A stretch of DNA of 64,000 nucleotides from Octopus bimaculoides (taxonomy: Eukaryota), in contig NC_068993.1 of the NCBI RefSeq assembly GCF_001194135.2, forward strand, positions 19,386,859 to 19,450,858, read 5' to 3'. The translations under genes were made by a program, and so were the position numbers. Below are positions 51,131 to 64,000 of the stretch, piece by piece; the stretch's first letter is position 1, and each line of letters starts with the position of its first letter. The notes under the pieces were generated by a model. That model did no database searches. It was not told where the DNA came from and worked only from the letters and a program-made list of their open reading frames with translations.

Positions 51131-51335
51131 GACAGCGACCTGGCAGAATCATTTGCACGCCGGATTAAAATAACTAGTGTAAATAATTTCATCCGGCTTT
51201 ACGTTTTCAATCCAAATTCAGCTGAATTCGCCTTTCACCCTATCGAAGTCGATAAAAAAAGGGACCAGCTAAACACAGGGATCGATAATCGATTAGCAGC
51301 CTCACGAAGAAATTTCATGTCTTGTGCCTATTACT
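51131..51335 (+). mobile_element. Older SINE family B copy
   Basis: cagcgacctggcagaatcatttgcacgccgg head and diverged core/tail. Confidence 0.7.
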
Positions 51336-51671
51336 TTATTCCAGTTAGATCTATCTGCTATCTATATTAGATCAAATGACCGTACAGCAGATCCCTCGTG
51401 GGTCTTTTATTGTAGCTGTCCATATTATTGTTGTTAATGGTAGCATAGCTGTTGTTATATAATAAACTTACCGTTGTTATTGACTGAACAACAAAAGTGT
51501 TGTTATTCCGATAATACTAAATGACTTTTTAAATGGTGTGCTTCTAAATGGGAGCTGCATTTTTGAATTCACTTGTTGCTCATATAGCTATTTATTTTAA
51601 TCAACTTGCATTTCACTCTTCTCCCAAGCTTGTGATTGGAATTAGAAGTATACTTTCTTTAGTTTAATAGC

Positions 51672-51708
<37 letters not shown>

Positions 51709-52119
51709 GAGATAGATAGATAGATAGATAGATAGCTAGATAGATAGATAGATACATACATACATACATACATACATACATACATGCATACATACATACA
51801 TATGTGTATGTGTGTGAGTATGTGTATGTATGCAAGAATGTATATATATATTTATAAACGTATNNNNNNNNNNNNNNNNNNNNNNNNNNNNNNNNNNNNN
51901 NNNNNNNNNNNNNNNNNNNNNNNNNNNNNNNNNNNNNNNNNNNNNNNNNNNNNNNNNNNNNNNNNNNNNNNNNNNNNNNNNNNNNNNNNNNNNNNNNNNN
52001 NNNNNNNNNNNNNNNNNNNNNNNNNNNNNNNNNNNNNNNNNNNNNNNNNNNNNNNNNNNNNNNNNNNNNNNNNNNNNNNNNNNNNNNNNNNNNNNNNNNN
52101 NNNNNNNNNNNNNNNNNNN

Positions 52120-52164
<45 letters not shown>

Positions 52165-52726
52165 AGGGAGAGAGAGAGAGAGATACATCTATAAGTATAT
52201 GTATATATGCGTGTACATATGTATGTAGATTTATATGTATATGTATATATATATAAATATAAATGTATACACATATATATATATACGTATATATGTATCT
52301 ATGTATATGTATATATATGTATGTATACATAAATAAATATGAATATGTGTATATCAATTTCCTATTCGCATCATGTGTTGTGCAAAGTCACAAATCAGGG
52401 AATAAAAGAAATTATACACATGCATGTATACATGCATATACGCGTGTGTGTTTATATTTATGCACTCTCATACTCGCATACACGCATACTTGTGTGTATG
52501 CATGCATGCATGCATGTGTGTGTGTGCGTGTGTGTGTGTGCGTGCGTGAGTGAGTGTGTGCCTTCGTATGCATGTATGTGTGCGTTCGTCGGAGCGACAA
52601 TCTAAATGATATACAACCGTTTATATATTGAAGAGATCTGTGTCTGACTTGTTGATAGACTAAATAAATATATGCATATATACATACATATGTATATATA
52701 TATACTCACTTATACATATATATATG

Positions 52727-52786
<60 letters not shown>

Positions 52787-53310
52787 CCTATATATGTGTG
52801 CGTGTTTGTGTTTGTGTGCGCGTGCGCGTCTATGCATATATATGGGAGAATTTACGAAAAAAATGCATACATTTATAAGATATCACTGCATCGTTGTACA
52901 CTAACAATATTCAACATAAACATAGCGTTATAGTCACTTTTTAAGAATGTGTATGTGTGTTATATATTACTACGTATCACAATACTCGGAAGGGATTCTA
53001 CGACTCGGAGATCTTCACACTTATTTGCAAGCCTACACACGCATATATATATTTAAATAAGCAAATACACGAATACACACGCCCTGTAACACACAAGCAC
53101 GCAACTACACATATACACTACGCGCGCACACACAGACACAGACACACACCCACACCCACCCACACCCACACACACCCACACACACACATATATATATATA
53201 TATACAAATATACATACACATACCTACTGACAAATATATATGTGTATATGCATATGAATACACACATACACGCACGAATACGCACTACGCACGCATGTAT
53301 ATACATGCAT

Positions 53311-53378
<68 letters not shown>

Positions 53379-53936
53379 NNNNNNNNNNNNNNNNNNNNNN
53401 NNNNNNNNNNNNNNNNNNNNNNNNNNNNNNNNNNNNNNNNNNNNNNNNNNNNNNNNNNNNNNNNNNNNNNNNNNNNNNNNNNNNNNNNNNNNNNNNNNNN
53501 NNNNNNNNNNNNNNNNNNNNNNNNNNNNNNNNNNNNNNNNNNNNNNNNNNNNNNNNNNNNNNNNNNNNNNNNNNNNNNNNNNNNNNNNNNNNNNNNNNNN
53601 NNNNNNNNNNNNNNNNNNNNNNNNNNNNNNNNNNNNNNNNNNNNNNNNNNNNNNNNNNNNNNNNNNNNNNNNNNNNNNNNNNNNNNNNNNNNNNNNNNNN
53701 NNNNNNNNNNNNNNNNNNNNNNNNNNNNNNNNNNNNNNNNNNNNNNNNNNNNNNNNNNNNNNNNNNNNNNNNNNNNNNNNNNNNNNNNNNNNNNNNNNNN
53801 NNNNNNNNNNNNNNNNNNNNNNNNNNNNNNNNNNNNNNNNNNNNNNNNNNNNNNNNNNNNNNNNNNNNNNNNNNNNNNNNNNNNNNNNNNNNNNNNNNNN
53901 NNNNNNNNNNNNNNNNNNNNNNNNNNNNNNNNNNNN

Positions 53937-53937
<1 letters not shown>

Positions 53938-53991
<54 letters not shown>

Positions 53992-53992
53992 A

Positions 53993-54031
<39 letters not shown>

Positions 54032-54036
54032 ACTAA

Positions 54037-54098
<62 letters not shown>
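53938..54098. repeat. (CTAT)n microsatellite
   Basis: Direct inspection. Confidence 0.97.
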
Positions 54099-54099
<1 letters not shown>

Positions 54100-54261
54100 A
54101 ACGTGCCAAACAACGCAAAAGGTGCACACACCAATACATATACAAGAGCACACCCTTACTGGCACTCGCTTGTTAGTCGAAAAATTGACAGTTTCTACTA
54201 ATTGTAGCCCTTGTCTGGACTGAACAGGTACATCCCATTCAACAGCGTAACAGGCAGAATA

Positions 54262-54467
54262 GACTCTTTTGTACTCTAGGCCCAAGGACCGAAATTTTGG
54301 GGGTGGGGACCAGTTCATTAGATACAACACCAGTATGCAACTGGTACTTAATTTATCGACCCCGAAAGGATGAAAGGCAAAGTCGACCTTGACAGGATTT
54401 GAACTAAGAACATAAAAACAGATGAAATACCGTAAGCATTTCGCCTAGCCTGCTAACGTTTCTGTCA
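54262..54467 (-). mobile_element. SINE family B
   Basis: Core and tail-type-ii match. Confidence 0.9.
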
Positions 54468-54959
54468 TGTTTCATATGATAAATAAATTTCTCTTATGAA
54501 CTTCATTAGCTCACATCTGTTTCTGCTACATGATGCAGTGGATTCATATTTGAGCGTCCGAGTGATACCTTATAGCTTCACCGGAGCTTTTTGAAATCTG
54601 CCTAACGTACTTGATTTCGTATCAAATTATGTTTCACCAAGTAATATATATATATATATATATATAATCACGAAGAGGTATACGAATCGTCTATATGAGA
54701 AACACTTAAAGCCTGATGAACAAAAAGACTAGGAAAATAGCAACATAACGGATCAATGGTTAACAAAATGACCTTGAAAGATTACAGGATGAGATCGACA
54801 AATTTATACAACTTAAGGATCGATGATATAAATTCATTCGATCTATTTACGAACTTGTTCATCAACTCTTAAAACTCTCGAAAACTCTTTGTCGCCAGTG
54901 AGAAAACACAACGTTTCTTTGGGTAGTAAAACACCCGGAAGAAAACTAAGAACGAATAC

Positions 54960-57090
54960 TTAAATACTGGGAAACGATAATAGCAAAAATGGGATCTTCT
55001 ATTTGTGGATGAGTTGAAGATTTATCATAAAGACTGAACTCCATAGTGCAAACTGTAACAATATTTAGGGAAGACATTGGAATGAATTTCTAAATAGAAA
55101 AGAAAAATGTGTAATGAAATGAAGCGAAAATGCATTAAAAGTACTGGAACCAATCTATTTATTGAAGATGGGGATGGAATCAAAAGTATAAAAACGGAAG
55201 AAGCCATCGATAAAGTAAATTTCTGCGGAATGAAAAGATTCTACGATTCAAATTGAATGCTAGAAACATCATACAAGCAATCTGATTAGTATCCTTAATT
55301 AATAAGTTATGGCGCAAAAATTATTCAATGGAGAAATGATGAGGATCGACAGAAAAACCAGAAAGCAGCTCACAATGTACAGATGTTTCTCCAATCTGAT
55401 GTGGACAGATATACTGGACAAGAAACAATAGAGGAAGAGTGTTAATGAATGTCAAAGAAGGTGTAGAACTAGAGGGAAGAAAACTAGGTTGGTGTCTAGC
55501 AGAAAAAGGAGAAACACCCCCTAAGGAGATAATAAGTGAAGTACTATTATTTGTAGAACACAAAGAAAGAAAAGAAAAGAAGTGTGGAAAAAGATTGAAA
55601 TATATCTTTGCAAATTCACTCAGCGTTTTCAAACCCCAAAAGAGATAAAGGAAAGTTGGCTATAACCAATGAATGGAATATAGAAGAAAGAAGATCAAGC
55701 GTATGATCTTGGCATCATAGGAGTGGGTTCCAAGAGTAGATTGAATCAAGAGGACGATAAATTAGCAGGGCTGCATCCTCAAATATGTGAAGATACAAGT
55801 GGAACTATAACTTAGATTGTATCGAACTGTTTAGCTCAGAATGAATACAAAAATGAGTAGGCAAGATAAGAAAGCTGTACGAAGTGGTATCAAAAAGTTT
55901 ACGGTCTAGATCAGGAGCGCGCCAACAGATGACAGCACACGGTTGTGTGCGCATGAGAGCTAGCAGTGACCTCCATGAGGTAGTGCTCCAAGTGAAATTG
56001 TTGTATTTACTTTACAAGTTAGGACATTTGTGTTTTTGTGATTACGTGTATGCTGTAGTCTGCGACTTATGTCATTGGCAGGAAGTTGGAACAAAGAGCC
56101 AACGGGAAATTTTGCATTAAGCTTGGAAGTTTGTTACAGAGACATACAACATACTTCAGGGAGCTTACGACTAGGAGGCAATGGATTGTATGCAGTGTTT
56201 CGAGTTGCACGGGTGCTTCAAAAGCGAAAGAACGTCCCTTCAAGACGCTGAGCGATTACTAAAAACTGCTATTAGCGTCACCTCCGGAAGCGTGGAGAAA
56301 ATACATTAGCTTGTGCATGAGGGTCGTCGGAGGACAACCAACAATGTTATGAAGCGCTTGGGGAAGGACATTCGGAGGGAGTGACCGGATCTGTGCAGTG
56401 CGAAGAATTGGATTCATCAGGACGACAATGCACGGGCTCTCCTCACTCATGAGTTTCTCGCCAAAACAACATGGTATCGCTTCCGCACCCATCCTATTCA
56501 CCAGATTTAGCCCCTGCGGACTTCCATCTCTTTTCAAAGATGAAAATGTTGCTTAAAAGTCACCGTTGTAACACTGTTGTCGAGATCGAGAGCAAATGGC
56601 AGAAGGTCCTCGACTCACTAACGAATTCGACTTCCAGGCCGGGTTCCAAAAGTGGCAGGAACGATGAAACCGGTGTATTACTGCACAAGGTGACTATTTC
56701 GAAGGAGATGATGTTAAAACTAAGGTAACTAAGTTATTTTTTTCATTGAAATAACTACTCCAGAAACATTTTGATACTACCTCATAATGATAAACTGGAA
56801 GTTTTGCCAGAAATTTCTTCTTGAATGTACAGAAAAAGAGCTTTAACTATTTTCTTGGAATAGAAATGAAAGTCATTGAAAGCGATGAAGTGATGTCGTT
56901 ATAGGACTTTTCTATTCAAACCGAATGACGAATAGAACACAATTGACTGGATATAGTAATTGTCGATAAGAAGAATAAACTGTCTTGCAATCGATGTGGC
57001 ATAACCATCTCACATAAAGAAAAACAAAGAAAAACAAAAGGTAGAGTCTTACACATAGCTGAAGTAAGAAATCCTAAAATGCAGGAGCAG
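54960..57090 (+). mobile_element. Decayed R4/Dong-like non-LTR retrotransposon (RT, CCHC, REL), interrupted by a mariner at 55880-56784
   Basis: DLLFVDELKIY (RT), TVTIFREDIGM, IDRKTRKQLTM, IVSNCLAQNEYK, RQDKKAV|MINWKFCQKF, DFSIQTE..IEHN..DIVIVDKKNKL. Confidence 0.88.
55880..56784 (+). mobile_element. Internally deleted mariner (DD34D-type) transposon with TIRs and TA duplication
   Basis: TIRs cgaagtggtatcaaaaagttt / aaacattttgatactacctca; TA at 55878-55879 and 56785-56786. Remnants EQRAN.KFC.KLG, HQDDNARA and HPSYSPDLAPADFHLF. Confidence 0.93.
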
Positions 57091-57109
57091 ATAGTAACGT
57101 AAAAAGGCT

Positions 57110-57642
57110 ATGATACTACAGATTATGGGTGGAATCTGGGATGACCACAAACCGCAGAGAGTGGCAGAGTCGGAGACTAGCAAAATCCGCTGGGATTTCC
57201 TAATTCAGACAGATCAGGTACTAGAGCATAACAGACCGGACCTAGTGGTGGTCGACAAGATGCACCACATGTGCTGTAAAGTTGCTGCTACATGCCCGTT
57301 TCACTGACGAATAATCAAGAAGGAAGGCGAAAAAATAGATAAACACAACTCTCTTAAGTACGATATAGCCTGGCTGTGGAACATAAAGAATGTGAAGGTA
57401 GTGCCAATTATTGCTGAGTCCTTAGGGACAGTATCAGAAGGCATCAGGAGGAATATAAAGGACATTGAAATAGAGTACCGAGTAGAACTGTTCAAAAGGT
57501 TTGTTTCCTTGGCACGGCCAGAATAAGCACGAAAGTACTAGATAACTGAAAAGAACGGATAGCATGGTATTGTAGGCTGCAGGTAGCAAGCCCGCAACGC
57601 ATGCAAGACTCCAGGAGTTCCGACAAAACCTGTGAAAAAAGA

Positions 57643-57700
<58 letters not shown>
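57110..57700 (+). mobile_element. Second, better-preserved R4/Dong-like 3' fragment (REL domain, 3' UTR, (AAT)n tail)
   Basis: KIRWDFLIQTDQVLEHNRPDLVVVDK...KEGEKIDK...LKYDIAWLWNIKNVKVVPII..SLG; (AAT)n at 57642-57700. Confidence 0.88.
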
Positions 57701-57982
57701 GTTGTGCCACTGTTATTATAATAACAATGGCACAAAGCCTCATGCAATTTTGTAGGAGAGGAATAGTCTATTACATCGGCCTAGTAAATGACTGTTACTT
57801 ATTTCATCGTCACCGATACTATACTTATATATACATTTTGTGTACGAAAATACGATATAGCAGATTAATGACAGAAATGAAATTGAGAAATTGAGGTATA
57901 AAAATATGTTTGTGCTGCTGTATCCAAGCTTGCGGCTATGGAGGTCAAATTAAAATAATACGAATATATATATATTTATAGT

Positions 57983-58363
57983 GGCACGCCGTCGGTTAAG
58001 ACGACGAGGGTTCCAGTTGATCCGATCAACGGAACAGCCTGCTCGTGGAATTAACGTGCAAGTGGCCGAGCACTCCATAGACACGTGTACCATTAACGTA
58101 GTTCTTGGGGGGAGATTCAGCGTGACACAAAGTGTGACAAGGTTGGCCCTTTGAAATACAGGTACCAGAGAAACAGGAAGAAAAAGTGAGAGAAAGTTGT
58201 TGTGAAAGAGTACAGCAGGATTCGCCACCGCCCCTGCGGGAGCTTCGTGGAATTTTAGGTGTTTTCGCTCAACAAACATTCTCAACGCTCGATCTGGGAA
58301 TCGAAACCGCGATCCTACGATTGCGAGTCCACTGCCCTAACCACTGGGCCACTGCGCCTCCAC
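57983..58363 (-). mobile_element. tRNA-type SINE family C, full length (central-domain variant 2)
   Basis: Reverse-complement head gtggaggcgcagtggcccagtggttagggcagtggactcgcaatcgtaggatcgcggtttcgattccc with A and B boxes; shared 3' body. Confidence 0.92.
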
Positions 58364-58366
58364 AGT

Positions 58367-58431
<65 letters not shown>

Positions 58432-58814
58432 GTATGTATGTATATAAATTTAGAATGATACAGGAACGGGAAATTGTCATGAATGTCTTTAGTTTACTAC
58501 TGTGGCTGCTGTAAGATGTTTCAAGCTCGGATGAAGCTATAAGGACCATACACAAATACTGCATTTTATAGCAGAAACAGCTGTAAGCTAATGAAGTTCA
58601 TGGCATAATGTCTAAGTATTTCGTCATTTTAATTTCTTAATAGTGTTCTGTACCTAATTGACGCTCCATTCTGAAGCGTACATATATAATGAGTTCTAAC
58701 ACAGACTTGTTGAACTTTAGTCGAAGGAATCACCACCAGCAGTTATTTTTATCTTTTTTTTTAAGATTGGTATTTATTCGGTCGGTTTTCATTTTTGCCA
58801 AAACGCTACGTTAT

Positions 58815-59080
58815 GGAGATGTATACCAACACTGGTTGTCGAGCTGGCGTGTGGAGCAAACAGGGGCACAAACACAGACAGGTAGACAGACAGACAGATA
58901 TGTATACGCATATTCACACACAAACACACACACACACACATATATATAGCAGGTTTCTTACAGTTTCCGTCTACCAAATCCACCCACAAATCTTTGGCCG
59001 GGCCGAGGTTATAATAGAAGACACGCTCAAAGTGCCACGCGGTGGAACTGAATGAACCCAATATCGTATGATAGGGAAGC
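58815..59080 (-). mobile_element. SINE family A, partial
   Basis: cagtttccgtctaccaaatccacccacaaatctttggccgggccgagg...gtgccacgcggtgg. Confidence 0.8.
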
Positions 59081-59252
59081 AAACATCATCTTCCACGGAC
59101 ACCTGGCAACTGGAGATGCTTCATTTGCATTTCTGTAACTGAATGATTCGGTAAAAACAACGGTAGTAAACGTGAAATAATTAATTAATAGGGTGTATTT
59201 TGTTCGACTAAAACCCTTCAAGGGCGAAATATATATATATACATACATACAA

Positions 59253-59284
<32 letters not shown>

Positions 59285-60280
59285 NNNNNNNNNNNNNNNN
59301 NNNNNNNNNNNNNNNNNNNNNNNNNNNNNNNNNNNNNNNNNNNNNNNNNNNNNNNNNNNNNNNNNNNNNNNNNNNNNNNNNNNNNNNNNNNNNNNNNNNN
59401 NNNNNNNNNNNNNNNNNNNNNNNNNNNNNNNNNNNNNNNNNNNNNNNNNNNNNNNNNNNNNNNNNNNNNNNNNNNNNNNNNNNNNNNNNNNNNNNNNNNN
59501 NNNNNNNNNNNNNNNNNNNNNNNNNNNNNNNNNNNNNNNNNNNNNNNNNNNNNNNNNNNNNNNNNNNNNNNNNNNNNNNNNNNNNNNNNNNNNNNNNNNN
59601 NNNNNNNNNNNNNNNNNNNNNNNNNNNNNNNNNNNNNNNNNNNNNNNNNNNNNNNNNNNNNNNNNNNNNNNNNNNNNNNNNNNNNNNNNNNNNNNNNNNN
59701 NNNNNNNNNNNNNNNNNNNNNNNNNNNNNNNNNNNNNNNNNNNNNNNNNNNNNNNNNNNNNNNNNNNNNNNNNNNNNNNNNNNNNNNNNNNNNNNNNNNN
59801 NNNNNNNNNNNNNNNNNNNNNNNNNNNNNNNNNNNNNNNNNNNNNNNNNNNNNNNNNNNNNNNNNNNNNNNNNNNNNNNNNNNNNNNNNNNNNNNNNNNN
59901 NNNNNNNNNNNNNNNNNNNNNNNNNNNNNNNNNNNNNNNNNNNNNNNNNNNNNNNNNNNNNNNNNNNNNNNNNNNNNNNNNNNNNNNNNNNNNNNNNNNN
60001 NNNNNNNNNNNNNNNNNNNNNNNNNNNNNNNNNNNNNNNNNNNNNNNNNNNNNNNNNNNNNNNNNNNNNNNNNNNNNNNNNNNNNNNNNNNNNNNNNNNN
60101 NNNNNNNNNNNNNNNNNNNNNNNNNNNNNNNNNNNNNNNNNNNNNNNNNNNNNNNNNNNNNNNNNNNNNNNNNNNNNNNNNNNNNNNNNNNNNNNNNNNN
60201 NNNNNNNNNNNNNNNNNNNNNNNNNNNNNNNTATATATATATATATAGATACATATATATATATGTATATTTGGATGTGA

Positions 60281-60330
<50 letters not shown>

Positions 60331-60454
60331 TTATATGTATAAATACATGTGTGTGTGTGCATCTGTGCGGGTGTATGTGTGTATGTATGTATGTCTATCT
60401 ATCTGGTTGTGTGTGTTTGTGTGTGTGCGTGTCTGTGTGTGTGTGTATGTGTGT

Positions 60455-60498
<44 letters not shown>

Positions 60499-60864
60499 CA
60501 CGATGTATAAGTAGCAAAAATGAGAGGAAGAAAATATTACTAGCGATGATTTGACCATTGTTCGTTATAACGGGCGATAGAACTTCTTCAAGTTGTTATA
60601 CGCAGATTATGTGCAGTTTTGTTATCCATTCGATAAGTAGTTAACTTCATTCGTCAGTGACTGCTAAAAGACTTGTGGAAAAGGAGATAGAGAAAGGAGA
60701 AGAAGACAGGGGACCTCTCTGTGTTGATAAGCAGAAAGGCTCAAAGTTAAATGCTGTCATTTTGACAAGCCATAAATTAAGGCATACGCTCCATTCAAAC
60801 GTGTGCAAAGACATATAGGCAGAATAGTTGGCGGACGTTTCTTTTCCATGCTTCAGCAGATGTA

Positions 60865-60907
<43 letters not shown>

Positions 60908-61511
60908 NNNNNNNNNNNNNNNNNNNNNNNNNNNNNNNNNNNNNNNNNNNNNNNNNNNNNNNNNNNNNNNNNNNNNNNNNNNNNNNNNNNNNNNNNNNNN
61001 NNNNNNNNNNNNNNNNNNNNNNNNNNNNNNNNNNNNNNNNNNNNNNNNNNNNNNNNNNNNNNNNNNNNNNNNNNNNNNNNNNNNNNNNNNNNNNNNNNNN
61101 NNNNNNNNNNNNNNNNNNNNNNNNNNNNNNNNNNNNNNNNNNNNNNNNNNNNNNNNNNNNNNNNNNNNNNNNNNNNNNNNNNNNNNNNNNNNNNNNNNNN
61201 NNNNNNNNNNNNNNNNNNNNNNNNNNNNNNNNNNNNNNNNNNNNNNNNNNNNNNNNNNNNNNNNNNNNNNNNNNNNNNNNNNNNNNNNNNNNNNNNNNNN
61301 NNNNNNNNNNNNNNNNNNNNNNNNNNNNNNNNNNNNNNNNNNNNNNNNNNNNNNNNNNNNNNNNNNNNNNNNNNNNNNNNNNNNNNNNNNNNNNNNNNNN
61401 NNNNNNNNNNNNNNNNNNNNNNNNNNNNNNNNNNNNNNNNNNNNNNNNNNNNNNNNNNNNNNNNNNNNNNNNNNNNNNNNNNNNNNNNNNNNNNNNNNNN
61501 NNNNNNNNNNN

Positions 61512-61830
61512 TTGTGAGTGATTATCGAGCGAAAACACCTAAAGCTCCACGAGGCTCTGGCAGGGGATGGTGGTGAACCCTGCTGTACTCTTCCACTACA
61601 ACTTTCTCTCACGCTTACTTCCTGTTTCTGTTGTGCCTGTAATTCAAAGGGCTAGCCTTGTCACACTGTGTCTCGCTGAATATCCCCGAGAACTACGTTA
61701 AGGGTGCACGTGTCTGTGGAGTGCTCAGCCACTTGCACGTTAATTTCACGAGCAGGCTGTTCCGTTGTTCGAATCAACTGGAACCCTCGACGTCGTAAGC
61801 GACGGAGTGCCAACAACAACAACAACAATA
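61512..61830 (+). mobile_element. SINE family C (variant 2), head lost in the gap, (AAC)n tail
   Basis: Colinear with the reverse complement of 57983-58290. Confidence 0.9.
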
Positions 61831-62654
61831 TATATATACATATGTATGTATGTATCCCACTCTATATTCATATAACATTTTACCTGGACCAATACGTATA
61901 TTGAGTTCTACACCACAATAATAGCCTCGCTTGTCTAAGCGAAATATATACATATATTCTTTTACATGTTTGAGACTTTGGTCTGCACCAATGCTAGGAG
62001 ATGAATTCAAAGGTTTTAGTCGAGTATATACATCAAAGTTAGCATTGTAAGTCTCGTTCTTATTCAGTTGGTTAATTTTACTGATCCGTTAAGTTACAAG
62101 TATATAAGCAAACACTCATACACAGTCTCTCTCATACACACACATACACACTAAAACACGCAGCCACAGTAAAAGCACACACTGTATATATATATATGTA
62201 TGTATGTATATANNNNNNNNNNNNNNNNNNNNNNNNNNNNNNNNNNNNNNNNNNNNNNNNNNNNNNNNNNNNNNNNNNNNNNNNNNNNNNNNNNNNNNNN
62301 NNNNNNNNNNNNNNNNNNNNNNNNNNNNNNNNNNNNNNNNNNNNNNNNNNNNNNNNNNNNNNNNNNNNNNNNNNNNNNNNNNNNNNNNNNNNNNNNNNNN
62401 NNNNNNNNNNNNNATATATATATATATATATATATATATATACGTTCATATATAATATACACATGGATGATTAGAGCACTACTTGTGTCAACCATATCCA
62501 CAGACAATACCTCGAGTTATTGTTGGAAAAACTTGTGGAAGCTATACGCACTGTTGAAACAAATTTAATAACACGTGGTTGCGAAGTGAACTTCTGTATC
62601 ATATAGTCATGCGTGTGCCTTTATACATACATGCATACATACATACATACAGGC

Positions 62655-62701
<47 letters not shown>

Positions 62702-63049
62702 GACATATATATACATACAAACACATATACACACACGCACACACACATACACTTACAGACACACGCGCCCACATATATATAAATGTATCCTCTGTATATA
62801 TGCATATATTATACATAGATATGTATATATCTATATCAGTATATACATCTATCTATCCACCTGTAAGCGTGTGCGTGTGTGTGCGCACGCGCGTACAAAA
62901 TGCGAGAGATATCCGATAACATATTGGCAATTTAATAAATCGAATCTATTCTGGCAAGAACCAAATTTGTTTTAAAATTTGTGTGCATGATGTCGATAAG
63001 CTTTCTCATAATATTATTCCATGAATCCACCTTAAGGTACGATGACTGC

Positions 63050-64000
63050 TTCATTGCAAGACTGGAATCATTCACATGCCTTCAGTAAATAGTCATTCTT
63101 TATTTCAGACGATGCCACTAAGACAATCAATGCCAGCCTTCAGTGAAAATACGGTATTGTGATGGTATCGATTAGACTCTCTTTCAACAACGCTCGAAAT
63201 ATAGTAATTCATGGGGCTACATGTTTTGACGTTACATGATGGAACGCATGTTTGACACACAGTCTTGAGTTATGTAGGATTTGAAAGTTGTTGAACCTTG
63301 TTTAAAAGCGAACTTCATTAACGACAATCCAGGATCTCAACGTATCTAGCAGTATCTATTTTAAAACCCTGTGGAAAAATGTGCGGTGACATGATGTGTT
63401 TTCCATTACTAACCACTTCGAAAACCATAATAGTTACTGGAAACTTAACGTGCATCATTCTAGAGACACCAGAAGGATCTGCATATAACCATACGATATT
63501 TCTTCCAATAGACTCTTCGTCTTGTTTGAAGTTTTTTCTCATCAGAGAAGAACCAAAGCACGTCATGCTTGTAAGTTGTTTTAACCTGGTTATACTGCTC
63601 ATCATGGACCATACAGTATTGCTGTGTCTCTGCAGGCATAAATTGGTCACACCACAACACGTATGACTTGTAACGCATGCCTTCATGCACCACTCCTCCA
63701 TCTAAAATGATTGGCAATGGTCATCAATGATTCTCTGGGTGCATCTTCGGTTCGGTAATGTTTTTAAAATGTTGGATTATCTCGGTGTTTGTAATAGAGT
63801 CCATAACTTTTGACTGTTTATTTCTTTTTTTTTTTCTGTAGTTTTGATGTGACTGAAACATTTCCATCAGAGGATTCCTATTCCATCTGAAATTAATGTT
63901 TAGGAAGCTGGCAATTTCTAAATAGTTACGTTTTGCATATATCGTCACAATGACGACATGACATTTCATTTCTAGGGTTAGAATTATGTCTCTCACTTGG
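63050..64000 (-). mobile_element. Decayed Tc1/mariner-superfamily transposase, DD37D/maT-like; probably continues beyond the window
   Basis: MKCHVVIVTI...LEIASFLN, WFFSDEK, HVKFPVTIMVFEVVS.GKHIMSPHIFPQG, FKQGST (second-Asp region), PMNYYISSVVERESNRYHHNTVFSLKAGI; many frameshifts. Confidence 0.82.

Larger units (their letters stand above)
2627..62413. other. 19 assembly gaps (N runs) scattered through the window, most flanked by microsatellites
   Basis: N runs at about 2627, 3391, 11200, 19044, 19909, 27773, 34652, 39435, 40293, 42202, 46055, 48487, 48696, 50343, 51864, 53379, 59285, 60908 and 62213. ORFs spanning them are artefacts. Confidence 0.99.

Noticed and set aside
58290-58363. tRNA-like sequence on the minus strand
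   Set aside because: It is the head of a SINE C copy continuous with the SINE body, not a tRNA gene; the same applies to the SINE A and B heads.
60620-60665. Minus-strand CUGACGA with a partial hairpin and GAAU
   Set aside because: The core is incomplete and there is no stem I or stem III.
60820-60865. Minus-strand CUGAAGC...GAAACGUC
   Set aside because: No stem II or stem I can be formed; at best a very decayed remnant.

Overview
This is AT-rich animal genomic DNA from a draft assembly, with 19 N-gaps totalling roughly 6.8 kb, most of them abutting microsatellites. The SINE families and the extreme microsatellite density suggest an octopus genome; that is inference from recalled repeat families, not a database hit. 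I recognise no host protein-coding exon, rRNA, real tRNA or CRISPR array, and nearly all supplied ORFs are microsatellite or gap artefacts. The window is a transposon graveyard. It holds four SINE-like families (here called A-D) and LINE fragments of RTE, CR1/L2-group, R4/Dong-like and HERO-like type. It also holds an internally deleted mariner nested in the R4/Dong-like LINE, a decayed DD37D/maT-like Tc1/mariner, and two hAT MITEs with 8-bp TSDs. The most interesting signal is a small repeat carrying a hammerhead-ribozyme core (CUGAUGA, stem II, GAAA). It occurs at two loci (about 12.1-12.4 kb and 36.8-37.0 kb), each time as a divergent inverted pair, so each strand encodes one ribozyme-like copy. 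Further Penelope-type hammerhead remnants are present, as are a TSD-flanked 283-bp RTE mini-element and traceable SINE-LINE 3'-tail partnerships. Element boundaries were read by eye and are approximate unless a TSD or TIR is quoted.
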